The translations under genes were made by a program, and so were the position numbers. A stretch of 63,342 nucleotides of DNA, filler included, from Sphacelaria rigidula (lineage: Eukaryota), in NCBI GenBank assembly GCA_964200075.2. It is 5 parts of 5 records of this genome, joined end to end, with 100 filler letters (N's around TTAATTAATTAA, not from the genome) between each part and the next. Parts side by side here need not be neighbours in the genome. Positions count along the whole stretch, not along the records: positions 1 to 12,589 come from CAXNAA020003594.1; positions 12,690 to 25,278 come from CAXNAA020003595.1; 3 more parts are not named here. One strand, written 5' to 3'. The notes beneath the pieces were generated by a model. The model worked only from the letters and a program-made list of their open reading frames with translations, was not told the DNA's origin and did not search any database. This document shows, one piece after another, positions 1 through 13,096 of the stretch. The stretch's first letter is position 1. Every line of letters starts with the position of its first letter.

Positions 1-757
1 GTGTCCGTTGTGTGTCCTCGCTCGGCGATTACCAATCGCTCGAGAGACTGGCATCATCGATGTTACTAGCATGTACCCGATTTTCCATGTTGTGTCAGAA
101 CATCGAGCTGGGGAGAGATTTCGTCGCTTCTTGCCTGCAACAGTTGAAAATTATGTCTTGAAAGCTACTGTACCAAAGTGTTCACGCAGCCAGCGCGTGC
201 TCCAGATTGCAGCATGGACGCACCCCTCTGCGCCACGCTCGCAACGGTTAGATCACTACAATAGGTATATTTTTCCACTCATCATGTCAAGGAGGTCTTC
301 ACAGGTCTTTGATGTCTCATAACCCCCCCCCCTCCAACTACTGGCGTCTCGCACGCTCTCGTCGTTGGGCACCCAGAGGGTCACTGCTCACATACATGTC
401 GGGTAAAATCAACGATGAATAACACCACCCAAGTTCAAATTGGATGTATCTGTTGTTCTCGCCGCAGCAGCGCCCTTGCTGGCATGTGTGTGACAGAGAA
501 CAGAATAGTACGATGACGGGAACATTGACCCATTTTTCAACGACATGTTTTTCAGCGCACAGAGGCGCGTCATGTTCAAAAAAAGAGGGAGAGAGAAATC
601 GATCTTCGCATTGGCGACAGGCAAGAAGAGACGACGAAATCTCTCCCCAGCTCGGTGTTCTGGCACAACATGGAAAATCGGGTACATGCTAGTAACATCG
701 ATGATGCCAGTCTCTCGAGCGATTGGTAATCGCCGAGCGAGGACACACAACGGACAC
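1..757. repeat. Long inverted repeat (arms 1-137 and 618-757), probable foldback/MITE truncated by the scaffold start
   Basis: 1-137 is the near-perfect reverse complement of 618-757; ORFs 8..322(+) and 409..843(-) share the peptide CVLARRLPIARETGIIDVTSMYPIFHVV. Confidence 0.85.
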
Positions 758-1112
758 GGGCGAGGAGCTTCCTCTCTGTCATTGCTTCTCTCTCTGGTAA
801 TATCGTCATCGACACGCTTGTACACCGCATTCATTCGGTGCACGTAGCCACTAGTGATTCAGTGCTGCAGAGTTTCGGGGGGAAAGCTGGTTTCGCTCTG
901 TGTAACTGTGCCACACCATCCCTGCAAAAAATATATGCCACTTGAACCTCATTTTTGAGGTCGACCCCATTTTTCAGGATCCGCTGTCATAGGATGATCT
1001 CACCTGCGTACGCAAGGGCAGCGTTATTCCACCTTGATCCACAAGAGAAGTAACACAACATCAACAGCGCACTCTGTGCTTGTCTGCTACATCTGACGGT
1101 CGTTGCAACGAA

Positions 1113-1462
1113 GTGTGTGCTGTGTGTGTATTAACATCCTATCCATTCTGGACGGCAGTGTGGGCGTATTAGCCAGGGTCACACAGGAAGTTCAACACGG
1201 ACGGGATTATTTTCGTTCTTTCGTTCTCCACCTTCGCCTTCTGTGGTGCTTGCATTTCTCTTCATCGCGGGAGGGGTTCAGCAGTCCCTTTCCCTCATCG
1301 ACTGACTGCAAAGTCGAATTTTGTTTACCCCCGACAAAGCCACTCTCCACTGTTGGATATGGTGCGAGAAAAATCCCAGATCGTGAGATTTCACCGAGAT
1401 TCAAACTCACGCCCAGACCGTCAGAAGATTTCGAGGTCGCCTACTGAGCCACCGGGGCGACC
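1113..1462 (-). mobile_element. tRNA-derived SINE
   Basis: Minus-strand head GGTCGCCCCGGTGGCTCAGTAGG (A box, 1440-1451) and GAGTTTGAATC (B-box-like, 1398-1408); body homologous to 2155-2801 and ~34495-34590; CA-rich tail. Confidence 0.75.
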
Positions 1463-2151
1463 GGACGAACGAGATGTAAGAAAAACTCCTGCGCCAAGAG
1501 GGTGATATCAGACGACTTGTACGAGGGAAATAAATAATGAATGGACCAAAAGTCAACCATAGCGATCATTATAATGAATGTCCACTTAACTCTTGATTAA
1601 GCATTGTCCGACCCAGAATTTTGCGATTGTCTAGAAACATGCATCCTTGCATCCTTACATCGTTCATCTGGGAAGCTGCCTTCGAAAACCTGGGAACCTG
1701 CCCACCTTCTCACAGGGTAATTAAAGAAAGCCGGGTACAATAACAGTACGCGGTAAAACGAACCACGGTTCAAATCCCAGTCTCGTAAGGGAGGGGTTAC
1801 GGCTTGTACCGACTCAAGACCCCTGCAGAAGCGCGGGGGGATTCATGTTTACAACTCGAGAGACTCGATCTGCCATGACATAGATCTCCAGTTCCCTCGG
1901 AGGTGAGATCTCTCGGTAAAGACACTGACCACCCGTGGATACAGTTGACACTTTCAGGCAGGCGTCTGTTAGTATCTCGCGACGAGCTCATTTTCATGTC
2001 ACCAACTGTACCCCGTGAGCGTGACTGTCCCTTCAACACTCCAATGCTGGTACACATTGTTGTGTGCACGTTTCCATTGAGCCGATGGTGACTGCGTGGT
2101 CAGTATGATATTTCGTTCCCTCTCGACCCCGTGAAACAGTAGTCAAAACCA

Positions 2152-2154
<3 letters not shown>

Positions 2155-2209
<55 letters not shown>

Positions 2210-2801
2210 GCGTTGTCATCCCATCTATTCTGGATGCCAGTCTATCGGGGTCACACAGGAGGAAGGCCAACACACGGGCCTTCATATTGTTTAGTTTCCA
2301 ATACTCTATCTTCCTTTTGCAGCGCTTGCCTTATTTGTTATCGCGAGAGTGGTTCAGCGGTCTCTTTCAATCAATGCTACGGTGGAAGTGCACTTTTTGC
2401 GCAAAATCTAGTCGGGTTCAGGGGCTCCTAACGATTCTAGATGCCCAAGAATATGGGTCAGGGCATCCCCGTTTGCAAACTCTTTCGGGATGTCCGTAGC
2501 ACATTGGGATAGTAATTCTGGCGTACTCTCGCATATTGCTTATTGCATAGGTCGTGTTTTGGGTCATATGAAGGGCTCCTAACAATTCTTACCTCCGAAA
2601 ATATTCGTGCACCCCCACCGTTGCATCGCTCTTTCCCTCGTCGACCGTGAAATCGAGTCTTGTGTACCCACGACATCGTCGCTTTCCACTGTTGGGCATG
2701 GTATGAGAAAAAATCTCACATTGTGTGACTGCACCGATATTCGAACCGATGACCCGACCATCAGAAGGTTTTGAGGTTGCCAACCAAGCCACCGGGGCGA
2801 C
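2155..2801 (-). mobile_element. tRNA-derived SINE with (CA)27 tail, interrupted by a MITE
   Basis: A box TGGCTTGGTTGG (2780-2791) and B box GGTTCGAAT (2739-2747) on the minus strand; colinear with 1113-1462; (GT)27 at 2155-2208 forms the 3' tail. Confidence 0.78.
2369..2631 (-). mobile_element. MITE family B (Sola2-like, non-autonomous), TSD TTTC
   Basis: Reverse-complement homolog of 22685-22931; right TIR GTGCACCCCCACCGTTGCATCGCTC, degenerate left TIR; TTTC at 2365-2368 and 2632-2635; removal restores the SINE body. Confidence 0.8.
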
Positions 2802-2840
2802 AGTCAAAACCAAGTGCAGAGCACAAAACACAGGGTTTTA

Positions 2841-3231
2841 CACTTGCAGATTGATTTTTTTATTGTGGATGAGCCCTGGGCACCTTCATGAGCATCGAAA
2901 GTATTTTCGGAGAAGAAATACAAATGCTCTCTCCAGCCGTGATATGTGGCCTTGCTCACCTTCGGAAACAAACCCACCCGCAATTAGAAAAATCCCGTGT
3001 TCCGAAAATTTCGACTTCCGCGATTCCCGCACAAGAAATCCGTCCCTATTCTTCAGAATCTCCTGTACAAGAGAGAATCTTACGCTTTGCGGGTGGACTT
3101 TTGCTTGAGGATGAGCGAGGCCACACATCACGGCCGGAGAGTCCATTCGCATGTTTTCATCGGAAATATTTGCGATGCTCATGAAGGTTCCCAAGGTCCA
3201 TCCAAAATAAAAAAATCAATCTGCAAAGTTG
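2841..3231. mobile_element. Palindromic MITE with ~145-nt arms and TA flanks (Tc1/mariner-type)
   Basis: 2841-~2985 is the reverse complement of ~3087-3231; TA at 2839-2840 and 3232-3233; the mirrored ORFs 2886..3194(-) and 2888..3184(+) give similar peptides. Confidence 0.7.
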
Positions 3232-3729
3232 TATTTCGATGATCATGATGAAGGTTCCCAAGGCTCATCCACAGTAAAAAAGTCCATCCGCCATTCGTAA
3301 ATCCTCTTTGAAAACCTCATATGTTGCCATCAATTCAACTGATCAGCATCTACAAAAGTTTCTGATCGTGACGAGAAAAAAACGGTGTACGTTCGACAAG
3401 CACCCCATCCGGTATGAACACAACACAAACGTTCAGGCTCTAAGTGTGGGGAACACAAACGCACAAAATAGTGGTTCCAAGCAGCACCGAAAACGGGTCT
3501 CCAACTAGCTAGAAGTCTACAGTGCCCTGCAGTGTTCAAGATCACCCAACAACAAAGCCTACGTCGACGAAACGCTCCCGTCGACATCTATCCAAACACA
3601 GATTCTTTCGGCAGCACAGGGTCTTTTTACCACAGTAAATCGGGGTGGAAAACGTGGGAAGGCGCGGCGTGAGTGAGAGTGATACAAGTAACCTCGAAAT
3701 GGCGCTGGCGATCGAGTTCATCCAAAACA

Positions 3730-6700
3730 TCACAAGGAATTTTCCAACTCTTCCGCCATGCCCAAGAGCCAGTCTCCACCATCGCTCCCTACACTGCTCG
3801 ACCTACTGCTGCTCCCACACGCAGAGCCCCCACTGTTATCACCGCCAACCCTACATTTGACGGTTGCCCCGCCCCCGCCTCCGCTTCCGCCTGCCAAACT
3901 TCCATTCAACCGAAGTTCCCGTTCCGTTTGCTCGCTCTCTCGCCTACTTCGTTTACGGTTTGGACCGTCACTCTCTCTTTCTTCATCACTGCCGACGACC
4001 CCACCCCCTTTTTCTCGAAGTACGCACCCGACCAGGTCATCTCGCACGTCGCCTCGTTTATTTCCGGGAGTGCTACTGCCCGAGCTGCTGAAGGCACGAT
4101 GTGGTTTGGATGAGAAAGCTGGCTGTGCCTCTAAGGGAAACGACTCGGGGTGTGCTGCTGGTTCTGTATGTCGAGGAGGAGTGGTCGGCGCCGGCTGTTG
4201 GGGCGGTGGCGCCCCTCCACATATTTGCTGGCACGATCGTTGTATTTTTGTCGTGATTTGCGTGTGTGTTGTATTCGACGGAGAATGACGACATGGGGCG
4301 AAGGAAGTGAGTGGGCAGAGGTTAGGTCAAGTCCTCCAGATACTACTCCAAAAACTCTACGGTTGTATGGACACATGACCTCGACTTGAAAGCATAAACT
4401 ACACGAGGGAGAGGAAGAAGCAGTGCATGGTGAGTCGTCGCACAAATACGTGTGCATAGACTTGGAGTCTGCCTCGACTTGGCCGGTACACCTTACCCCG
4501 TATAGGTTGCATTCAAGCCTAAAAACAGACCCAGACGATGCGTTTGAAGCATACAACAATGTGTACGTAGACCTACAAAGCCTTTGCAACCAAGCTATTC
4601 CGTTCATGTACGGCTTGGTGGCGTTGCGGAGCTCGAATCCTCACACCAAGACATACAGCAAGGCAAAGTGAAGTCTATTAGCTAGTGGGCGTAATCTGCA
4701 AATAGCTAACAAGCGTTCACTAGTAAAAATAGAACGTGGCGGTGGGGTGGTCAAACCACTACTTTGCCAGGCAGCTTGGACGGGTTGGTGAGGTCGAGGT
4801 CCGAGATAAGTGATGCATTTTTTCGCCTTTCATCATGAAACGCATGAGGACATCAGTGGCAAATATAGACAAGAGCCGTCGGGGAGCGGGAATAATGGTC
4901 GGAGTCTAATGCTGGAGGATATATTGCAAGGCAGGTACCGATGGAGAGATGGATGATGAACCCTTCCCTGAAGACCACGCACGCGTCACGAGAAAGAGGA
5001 GAGGTTTGCAACAACGGAAGAAGAAACCAAAAAAAAAGCAGCCGACAGTTACAACATGCACGAGAAACTCACCCCCGCGAGTAGGAACATGGTTTCGCGT
5101 TCTCGTCGACAGTGCCAAACGCTATTCATCAACCAGTCCAGGTGAACGACACAGACTCCGGGCATTCTCAATCCCTTGCTCGTCTGGTGCAAACGAGGCG
5201 AAACATGGGGAAAAAAACGCAAGAGAGGTGGCGTCGGCGTCGGCGTCGGAGGCGGCGATCCAGAACTTCAATACTAATAAATTAGTCAACCTACAGACTG
5301 GCATTTGTTCGAACTCCGGCCCCCTACAGAGCCTAGATAGACTTGCAGGATTCATGCTGCCATTGTGAGCGCTTGGCCTGCCCCCCTTGACCTGTGCCGT
5401 GTGGGTGGACATGCTTACCCTTGACTGGCTGGTATGTCAACCACGCGAATTTCTGTTCACTGTCGTGCTCTACTATTAATAGGAAGACTATTTGTGCGCC
5501 GTTTGGACATTCACGTACGATCGTTAAAAGTATGCTTGACGTCATGGTGAATAAAATGCGGTACAACTATCCCCCAGCCCAACTTTCATGCTACACCCAC
5601 GGTCTATCTACTTCAAGATATCAGCATAATGAGCACCACACCGACCAAGTCACAACAGAGTAGATAATCACCTGATACAGATACGCAGCATGTGTCCCGT
5701 TTCGAACGATTGGCCAAGTACACCATCGCCAAGTCGATCTGCGAAACTTCTGCGCGGAAACTTACAAGACCGGCTCTCTTACCTCACAATCTGTTCACCT
5801 GAGCGGCGTCGAAGCTTGCTCGTTGTAATACACACCCGTTCATCTACAGTCCAACCAATAAAATCCGATTCAACTTCAATCAGACGTCATCACTGGACCG
5901 TGTGTCCTTTTGAGTACAGAAACGCTTGGAATACCTTCGCCGTCCCCAGTCTAACAGCCACAATATGCGTGGTGTAACGGCCAATCGCATGCTCCACCGT
6001 GGCGCCGTGTGCTTCTGCCATCCTCCATAGTTTGTGCGTTCGAGGATCTGCCGGTGCACCGGACACGGGAATGACGCCGCTGAACACCATACGAACACCT
6101 CTCAGGACTCGACAGCGTACCTTGGCCAGAAAGCGGGCCACATCTCTGCACGTGAAGAGTACAGATTGGCGGGGGAGGGAAGAGGGTTTATGAGCCAGCA
6201 GTACGAAAGCGCAAGCAGCTGATGGGAGCACGAGAACCTTGAGGCCTGCTGAGCTATGCTATCATTTTATTGCCCATCGAGGTTGCATGAAGTGGTGAAT
6301 AGCAATCGATACCTGTCGCGGGAAAAATCGCAGATCAAGAGAGAGAGAGGGTGAACATAGAGTAAAGCACTGCACGGCTCACAGGCTTCGATGAAACGAT
6401 TCCTTCTCTGCCACCAGCTTCAAGATGTTTGTTGAGATGCGCATACGTAAACATTAGAGGAGCTACCTTCTGACGCGTGCAGCCTCTCTGAGAACACAAC
6501 ACCTGGACCCATGACGGATCCGCTCTCACGAATAAGGGAGAGAACTACGGGGTATGTGCATTGACACAACGCTCACATATCAACTTGCTCCGGCGAAGTT
6601 ACGCCACAGTACATTGTGGCATTCTTGTGTTTTCCTATCTGGTGTCCTGTTTTTCAATATGTTACCTCGGTTGACCGTGTTGAACGTGCTCAGGAGAGTA

Positions 6701-9700
6701 GAAAGCTCCGTGCACCGCCTCAAGCGTTTTGAGAGTACAATCCAACTGCGGGTCGTTCTCAATCGCTGCAGGCAGAGGAGGACTTCGGATAGCCGCCGGC
6801 GGTGGCGACATCGGGGACAACGACAACGCCTCCTTCGCCGCCGCTCGCCTCTCGCCCCCATTCGTCCCTACCGACGGTGCATGTGTATCGCCTTCACCAG
6901 CCGCCGCTGTTTCTGCCTTCCTCGGAGTGGTGGGTTTGCCACTATCCTCCTCGGCTTTTGACTCCGCCGGCGACGATTCCTCAGCTTTTACCTTTGAGGA
7001 TGCTGGCTTCTCGGGTTGCGGTTGTGGTATACCTTTCGACTCCAGTGACAAAGATGATGATAATGACGATGACGACGAGGACGACGAGGATGATAACAAT
7101 GAGTCCGTCCCTGCGGCGCCGGTACTAGCGGCATTTCTATCGGCCCCGGAAGCCTTGCTCACTTCTGAGGTCTCGTCGTCGTGAGTTCGACCTGAAACCA
7201 CCGCCACCGGCGGTGTAAGTTGTGCCGGTAGAGGATCTCGGGATTCCGAATCACTACGCTCGCCAGGCTGGTTGGGAAGTTCGTGTGGTTTGTCGACAGG
7301 ATGATCGGATGCCTCACTGCTTTTCATTGGATTCTCAGCACGTCTCTCGTGCGAAGTGGTGTCGCCGGCATTGCCGACCTTAGTACCCCCGCTAGATGCG
7401 GCTTTCTCCTGCCCCTCCTTGCGCTGTTGCGAAAGCAACGCCGCTAACCCCTCCCCGAGCTTTCCCATTGTATGCCGGGATAAACCAGCAGCATCTCCTT
7501 TCGCGTCAACCCCTCCATCACGTTTCTCAGCTCCTGCAGCGTCGTTTTTCACCACGACACCTGGGTCCTCCAACTTTTTCTCCAGCGATGCTGCCGCCTT
7601 CTGCAACTCAATGTCCGTAGGGTCCCCACCCACCCCGTTCGCCCCTTGCCGAGCACTGTTACTGTTACTGTTGGATTGATCCGATTGATCGCCTTCCTGC
7701 TTGGTCACCTCTGATTGGTCATTCCCCACGATGCCGGCCGTGGCGACGGTACTGGCACTGCCTCCCGCGGTGGGAGAAACTTCCGCAGAACGTTCTGAAA
7801 CTTTTCCACGGTGTTCTGGGGAATGTTCCCCGATCGGCGCCTTGACTGGAGGCTGGGGACCCGTGTCGTGAGTCGGTCCGCCAGGAACGCTTCGCTGGCC
7901 CTAATTAGTCCAAGTGTAGAAAATTGCGTCTTGCCGTGTAAGCGACTGAACGAGCGGTTGTTGATGCGCAACGGAGGTATCCCGCGGTACGGAGCGGGTA
8001 AAGCTTTGCACGTGGTAACGTGATTAACGGGTGCGATATACAGCAACATGCTGCTGTATGTGCGTTTTTCGGTGGGGTTGAAGCGTAGCCAAGCTGACGA
8101 CTCGCGACTACTCAAGCAACGTCTCGAGGAGGAACTTTTAGAGCAGAAAGCTGGTCGACTCGTTCCCCCCTTCCACCCAAGCCGTGGGACGGATCAACGA
8201 TGGCAAGGGGGTACAGCAGATGGTCCCGCATCAGGTACCTTGAAGTAGGTTGCACATAGTTTCCATCAATGGTGGTGAAAGGGGGGTGGCCATCACCACT
8301 TACGGTATGTTCCCGTGTGCGGTACCTCTTCCGGCTCACCGCTGGAGTGCCTGCGATAAAACGGGGTCATTTTTAATTTTGATATTGCTTACACACTATA
8401 CATGAATAAACCTGTGACCTCACCCCCATCAAGTCCCCAACAAGTCGGGTAGCAAAATACCAACGACCTGACACGCAACGAGTCTTCCTCACCACAAAGA
8501 ACTTGTAAGGCCGGACCAGGAGCAGGTTGTTGGCCTGTGCCCCCCTCCACACATCATCCCTGTCATCCACGATCAAGGCCATATCCAACCCGCACGGAAA
8601 TATGCGCTCCAGGGACTGCCACAAGGTGCGACCAAGCAAACAGGAAAAGCAACCCGGAGCACAGGCGGGACGGGCTGCAATGGGTGAATCTTGGGTAGGG
8701 ATGACGCATGGGTCTTGGTACACGCTGTCCGGTTGTACGCAGGCGCCCGCGAAGTTGCCATGCAAGCGCTCATCCATGCGAAGAGATTGCCCAAGGCGGG
8801 GGAGTTGAAAGTCGTCAACACGGGGTGAAGCGCGGGTTGCGCTGATCGTCATTATAGTGTGCACCGCACTTGTCAATGAGGGGTGTGGTCAGGCGGGAAA
8901 CATCACCGCAAGGCTGCAAAAGGTGCATCCAGGAATCTAGCGTCTGAAGTATAAAATAGAATAACTGTTGCAGTGGCGGCAGGAGTCCACCATGTCTGCA
9001 TAGGAATGGTGCAGCCACGTGTAGCCTCGCCCAAGCACATGTGAAATCACCGCCCAATATGATTGCTCCTGTCGCCCTCTGTGTCCCTTCTGTCTATTGC
9101 GGTTGTCTGCATATATACATACCCCAGGAAAAATACACGATTCATTTGCAGGTACGCTCACATATGCTTCTGTCAGACAAAATAGGGTACTCTGCGAGGC
9201 CCTTGTTTCCCGCAGTGCTGTTCGGCCCTGAAGCGCGCTCTTTTCCCGCGAAAGTTGGTGTACATGCTCCGCATGGGCTGTGGGGGCCTTGTCTTTGCGT
9301 CGGGATTGATCTTTGACTTGTTTGGGCCTAGCACGGACAGCTCCAACTTGCGCGTTTACCTGCATCTATTTCGTGGGCTGAAGTAGGTGATGATGGTCTA
9401 CTCACTTTTGTTTTCTGCCCTATAATGAATATAGAAGTTGCAAAAGTTACCCATCATCGAACTGACGACATACATATCGCCTGTACCGTCAGTACTGTCT
9501 GTAGTTGCACAGGCTGTATCCGAATAATGCTATTGCCTTCCTTAAAACTAAACGTGCCCCATACAGGTACAGTAGGTTGAATCGGCATCATGCTCTCACC
9601 AGAAAAACGATCGTTAGACCTAAAGTATGCACCTGAGGGCGCTCGAAGAGTAAAATGAAAGCCTGTCAGAGGCGGTTATTGGATAATCGTACCTTGGTGT

Positions 9701-10865
9701 TTCGTCCCAGGTCTGGGGTGTAACACGTCGAGAAGTGGCGCCCTTGAAACAGCCGCCTGTCAGGATCCAAAACTCGCGCCACCTGATTCGTCCGAAAATG
9801 ACCAAAATAAAACAGGCGTGCTTTACGCGGAAATGTGGGAGCAGTGCAAGTCAGAATGACGAGCACATCTACATCGGAATCGTAGCTGTGTGACTGCCAA
9901 CAACGCAGCCATGCTCTACTCCATGCAGCCCCGTTACGATGATGGAGTATGACTTCACCTGCGGGGACAGCGACTTTTCTGGTCATGAGTCTGGGAGATT
10001 GATTTGGTGCGGTGATGTGAAGAACTGGCAAAAAGGCCTCACCGCGTCAGCGTACTGAGCTGTTCCGGCAGTGTAGATGGTCATCTCAAACATTGTCGCC
10101 GCTTGTTCCAAGAATGTTCGGAGTCCCGGTCTGAGCATGCGAATCGAAGCACGCGGCAACCGCATGACGGAATCGTGACGACGAAAAATGATTCATGTAT
10201 CAAGCAGAGTGCGACCTCGAGATGAAAGAGATGAATGTACACTTCAAAACTGCCCCGAGGACCTAGCGCAACACCAATCGCCGCTGCATAGCACCGTTGG
10301 ACAGCAAGCATGATGGCGCGTTTGATGCGTACTGAACCCGAGTTCTTCGAAAACCCAAATGATTTGAAAAAAAAAAAACATCAAGAAACGAAGAATCGAC
10401 GCGGCGCTTTAGCTCCTACTTTTGCAGCAGCACTTAGATCGCGGCAGGCACAACCAGTAGTAGTGTCTTCCTCTAAACTCACAGCTAGGATATTGCTGTT
10501 ACACGCAGCAATATTCGGTACAGCTATGCAAAGCACGGTGTACGATCGTCAAACTCCCCGCCGAGCTACCGGGGTAATTTCACACCCAGGACGATCACAA
10601 TAGATTATATTGTAAAAAAGTGTACTACGTACAGTATGGAATCTATCGTCTACTGCAGTATACGCAATAGTCGATACTGTACGCAGTACACTTTGTGACA
10701 ATGTAATGTATTGTCCAGAGTGTGGGGAACTTACAACCAGGAAAACACGAAATGCAGCGACCACGCCATCCGTCCAATTGTCACCTTAGCTTGATGAAAT
10801 AGTCTCGCGGCTGGTTGGGCATCCGTAGAGCGTGGATCCCGTCTACGGCTCCAGATACCATGAGT
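3730..10865 (-). CDS. FCP1: RNA polymerase II CTD phosphatase (FCP1/CPL-like), 3' part. Exons 10785-10865, 10043-10130, 9693-9782, 8493-8615, 6666-7900, 5935-6145, 5073-5183, 3730-4227
   Basis: All exons have GT-AG boundaries with consistent phases. FCPH motifs YFIKLRPGLRTFL, MTIYTAGTAQYA, VLDPDRRLF, KSLERIFP, IVDDRDDVW, NLLLVRPYKFFVG; helix ENDPQLDCTLKTLEAVHGAFY; BRCT domain VLRGVRMVFSGVIP...TTHIVAVRLGTAK...VVHLDWLMNSVW; C-terminus MAEELENSL*. The DxDxT catalytic exon was not found and is presumably beyond the scaffold end. Confidence 0.92.
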
Positions 10866-11090
10866 CTGCACCCGATTTCATCCATGTCATCGCGAGAGAG
10901 GGGAAAAACAAGCATCCCCAAGCAATGGGCAAATTCAGTCGGGAATTGGCATGATAAACCAATGATTTCAATGGTTCGTCTCCAGAACGACCAAAATTTC
11001 CGATGCACGGCGCAAGGCCATCGCGCCGAGCATCAGCGGTGCGCAATGCCCCTCTACAGGCTGGGCCGCCCAAGACGCGGACAGGGATGT

Positions 11091-11750
11091 GAACACGCGA
11101 TTTAACAGCTGAGTTTCAGATCGTTTTCTATGCAATGTTGACACGATGGACACGATGTATGTACCAAGGCGTCAAATTTTCCTCATGTGTTTTTTCTTTT
11201 TTTCTTGAAGTTATTCACGATTTTCTTCCGAAAAAAACTGTTCTGAAATGTTTGGTCGCCGATAACTGACGGAGAAAAATAAAATAATTTAGAGAGGAAA
11301 AGGTGGTTCTTTGCACATACATCCTGTACATCGTGTCAAAAAATCATTGAAGACGACCTGAAACTCAGCTGTTAAATCGCGTGTTCGTGTCCAAGACTGG
11401 TTCCTATGGGGAGATGAACCAGCCACGAAAAAATGAAACGCGGTTATGCTGTTGAATTTCGAGTATTTTTTCACGAAATTTCGACACGATGCTTATGAGG
11501 TATGTTTTAAATTGCCTATTGTTCTCCCTTGACATTTTCTTCTTCTAATGAGTTGTCGACGCTTTTGCACCAGAAAAAAATTGTTCCGAAATTTAGATCG
11601 CCAATAACATACTAGGAAAATGAAATAAAAAAGAGGGGGCAAACGGTAGGGGCTTTACATATACCCCATGTATACTGTGTCAAAATTTCATGAAAAACAA
11701 CCTGAAACTGAGCAGTGAAATCGCGTTTTTCTGCCGAGAACCGGTTCACT
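11091..11750. repeat. Two adjacent, related ~300-nt inverted-repeat elements (MITE-like)
   Basis: GAACACGCGATTTAACAGCTGAGTTTCAG (11091-) mirrors CTGAAACTCAGCTGTTAAATCGCGTGTTC (-11386); a diverged second copy spans ~11415-11750 with the same AT-rich interior. Confidence 0.6.
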
Positions 11751-12589
11751 TGCTTTTAGAGTACAATAACCTCAGCCGGAACCTTGACGTTTTCTACAAG
11801 CGCGACGCCTTGGCGCACTGGAGGTCTCGTCTGCGTGTCATCTCAGACACTGCGCACCTACAGTACGACATGCCTTGTTGTACAACCACGACTAGAGCAG
11901 CACCATCACTTTGCGGCCGCGGCACAACTGACTGTAACCGTTTTTCCCCCGTAATTCCGCCGCACATTCTTTACACTTCGCAGCTGACTGCAGTTCGGTA
12001 TTCGTTTGATGGGAACTTGTCAGATCGCAGTGCTACATGAAGTGAAAGACGCGCGTTGATCTGCAGATTACCACGATGTGTCATAGTAGGCACAACTCGC
12101 GATAGATCATCAGTTCGAACCGGCTCAAGGACAGTCCGCTTCTTAGGCGGCCCAGCCTGTATAGCGAACTATCAGACCACTGCCTCAGAGAGACGCCCAA
12201 ACTAGATACATGGTGTTGCTGTGCTCGACGATTGAGGTCAGAGAGCACCTTTGACGTGCAATGGGCAAACACAAGGTACGCATTTGTTCCTCCATTACAA
12301 CGAATGTTTATCGTCGACTTCGAGACATCAACATCCTACATGCTTCTGTGTGTGTGCAAGGCAGGCGCACATCCGCAAAAATAAAAATAAAAAGGTGCCA
12401 AATTCGACAGATTCATGTGCCGAACGTCACTTCCAGCGGGATCTAAAAGAGAATACCATTTTCAGAGGCATTTGCTCCGTCGAAAGCCTAATATCATAGG
12501 TGAAAGCCAAAACATCCAGATATCCTCGAATTTCGATGAGGCGTTTTCGAAACGATTCCTTTTACAACTTTACTCCCCCCCCCCCCCCC

Positions 12590-12689
12590 NNNNNNNNNNN
12601 NNNNNNNNNNNNNNNNNNNNNNNNNNNNNNNNNTTAATTAATTAANNNNNNNNNNNNNNNNNNNNNNNNNNNNNNNNNNNNNNNNNNNN
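12590..12689. other. Artificial scaffold spacer
   Basis: N44 + TTAATTAATTAA + N44, exactly 100 nt. Confidence 0.98.
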
Positions 12690-13096
12690 CTTACTTTTGC
12701 CTTGTACCCCGCGTCTTCATCTACGGACAGTATTTCGTCTTGGTTTTCTCTTATCTCCTTCCATATTTTCTCGACTTCTTTATCCCACCTCATTCCAGCC
12801 TGCCCTGCCGTAATCTTCTTCCATACAGACCTATCAACTATAGCAGCTGCTGGCAATCACTTCCTCTGCGTGTTCTTAACGCTATATTGCCATCGCAATT
12901 TCCTCATGTCTCTGTTCGTTTTAAGTGAGCACATTCCTAACTCTGCTCTCAAAACGGTATTATTACTCGTTTTTTCCGAGCATCCAAGTACTTTCTTAGC
13001 TGCTGTCATCTGTACTGTTTCTAACCTCTCCACCAACTTCACGTTCCCCTCCCATACTTCTCCTGCGTATTCCAGCTTTGGTACGATCACGTTCAT
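12690..13096 (-). mobile_element. Non-LTR retrotransposon (LINE) fragment, region C-terminal to RT
   Basis: VIVPKLEYAGEVW...LETVQMTAAKKVLGC...NTVLRAELG...RDMRKLRW is typical post-RT LINE sequence; PAAAIVDRSVWKKIT is homologous to PAILDRAVWSKTT at ~29290. Confidence 0.85.

Noticed and set aside
1398..1462. tRNA gene
   Set aside because: A/B boxes are present, but I could not fold a complete cloverleaf and the segment is attached to a repeated SINE body.
2100..2499. CVCVCV / HTHTHT ORFs
   Set aside because: Translations of the (GT)27 microsatellite.
8112..8350. Extra FCP1 exon
   Set aside because: Its splice phases do not fit the flanking exons, which already join in frame (PYKFFV|GQ).
12634..12645. 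TTAATTAATTAA palindrome recurring every ~12.7 kb
   Set aside because: Assembly linker embedded in N runs, not biological.
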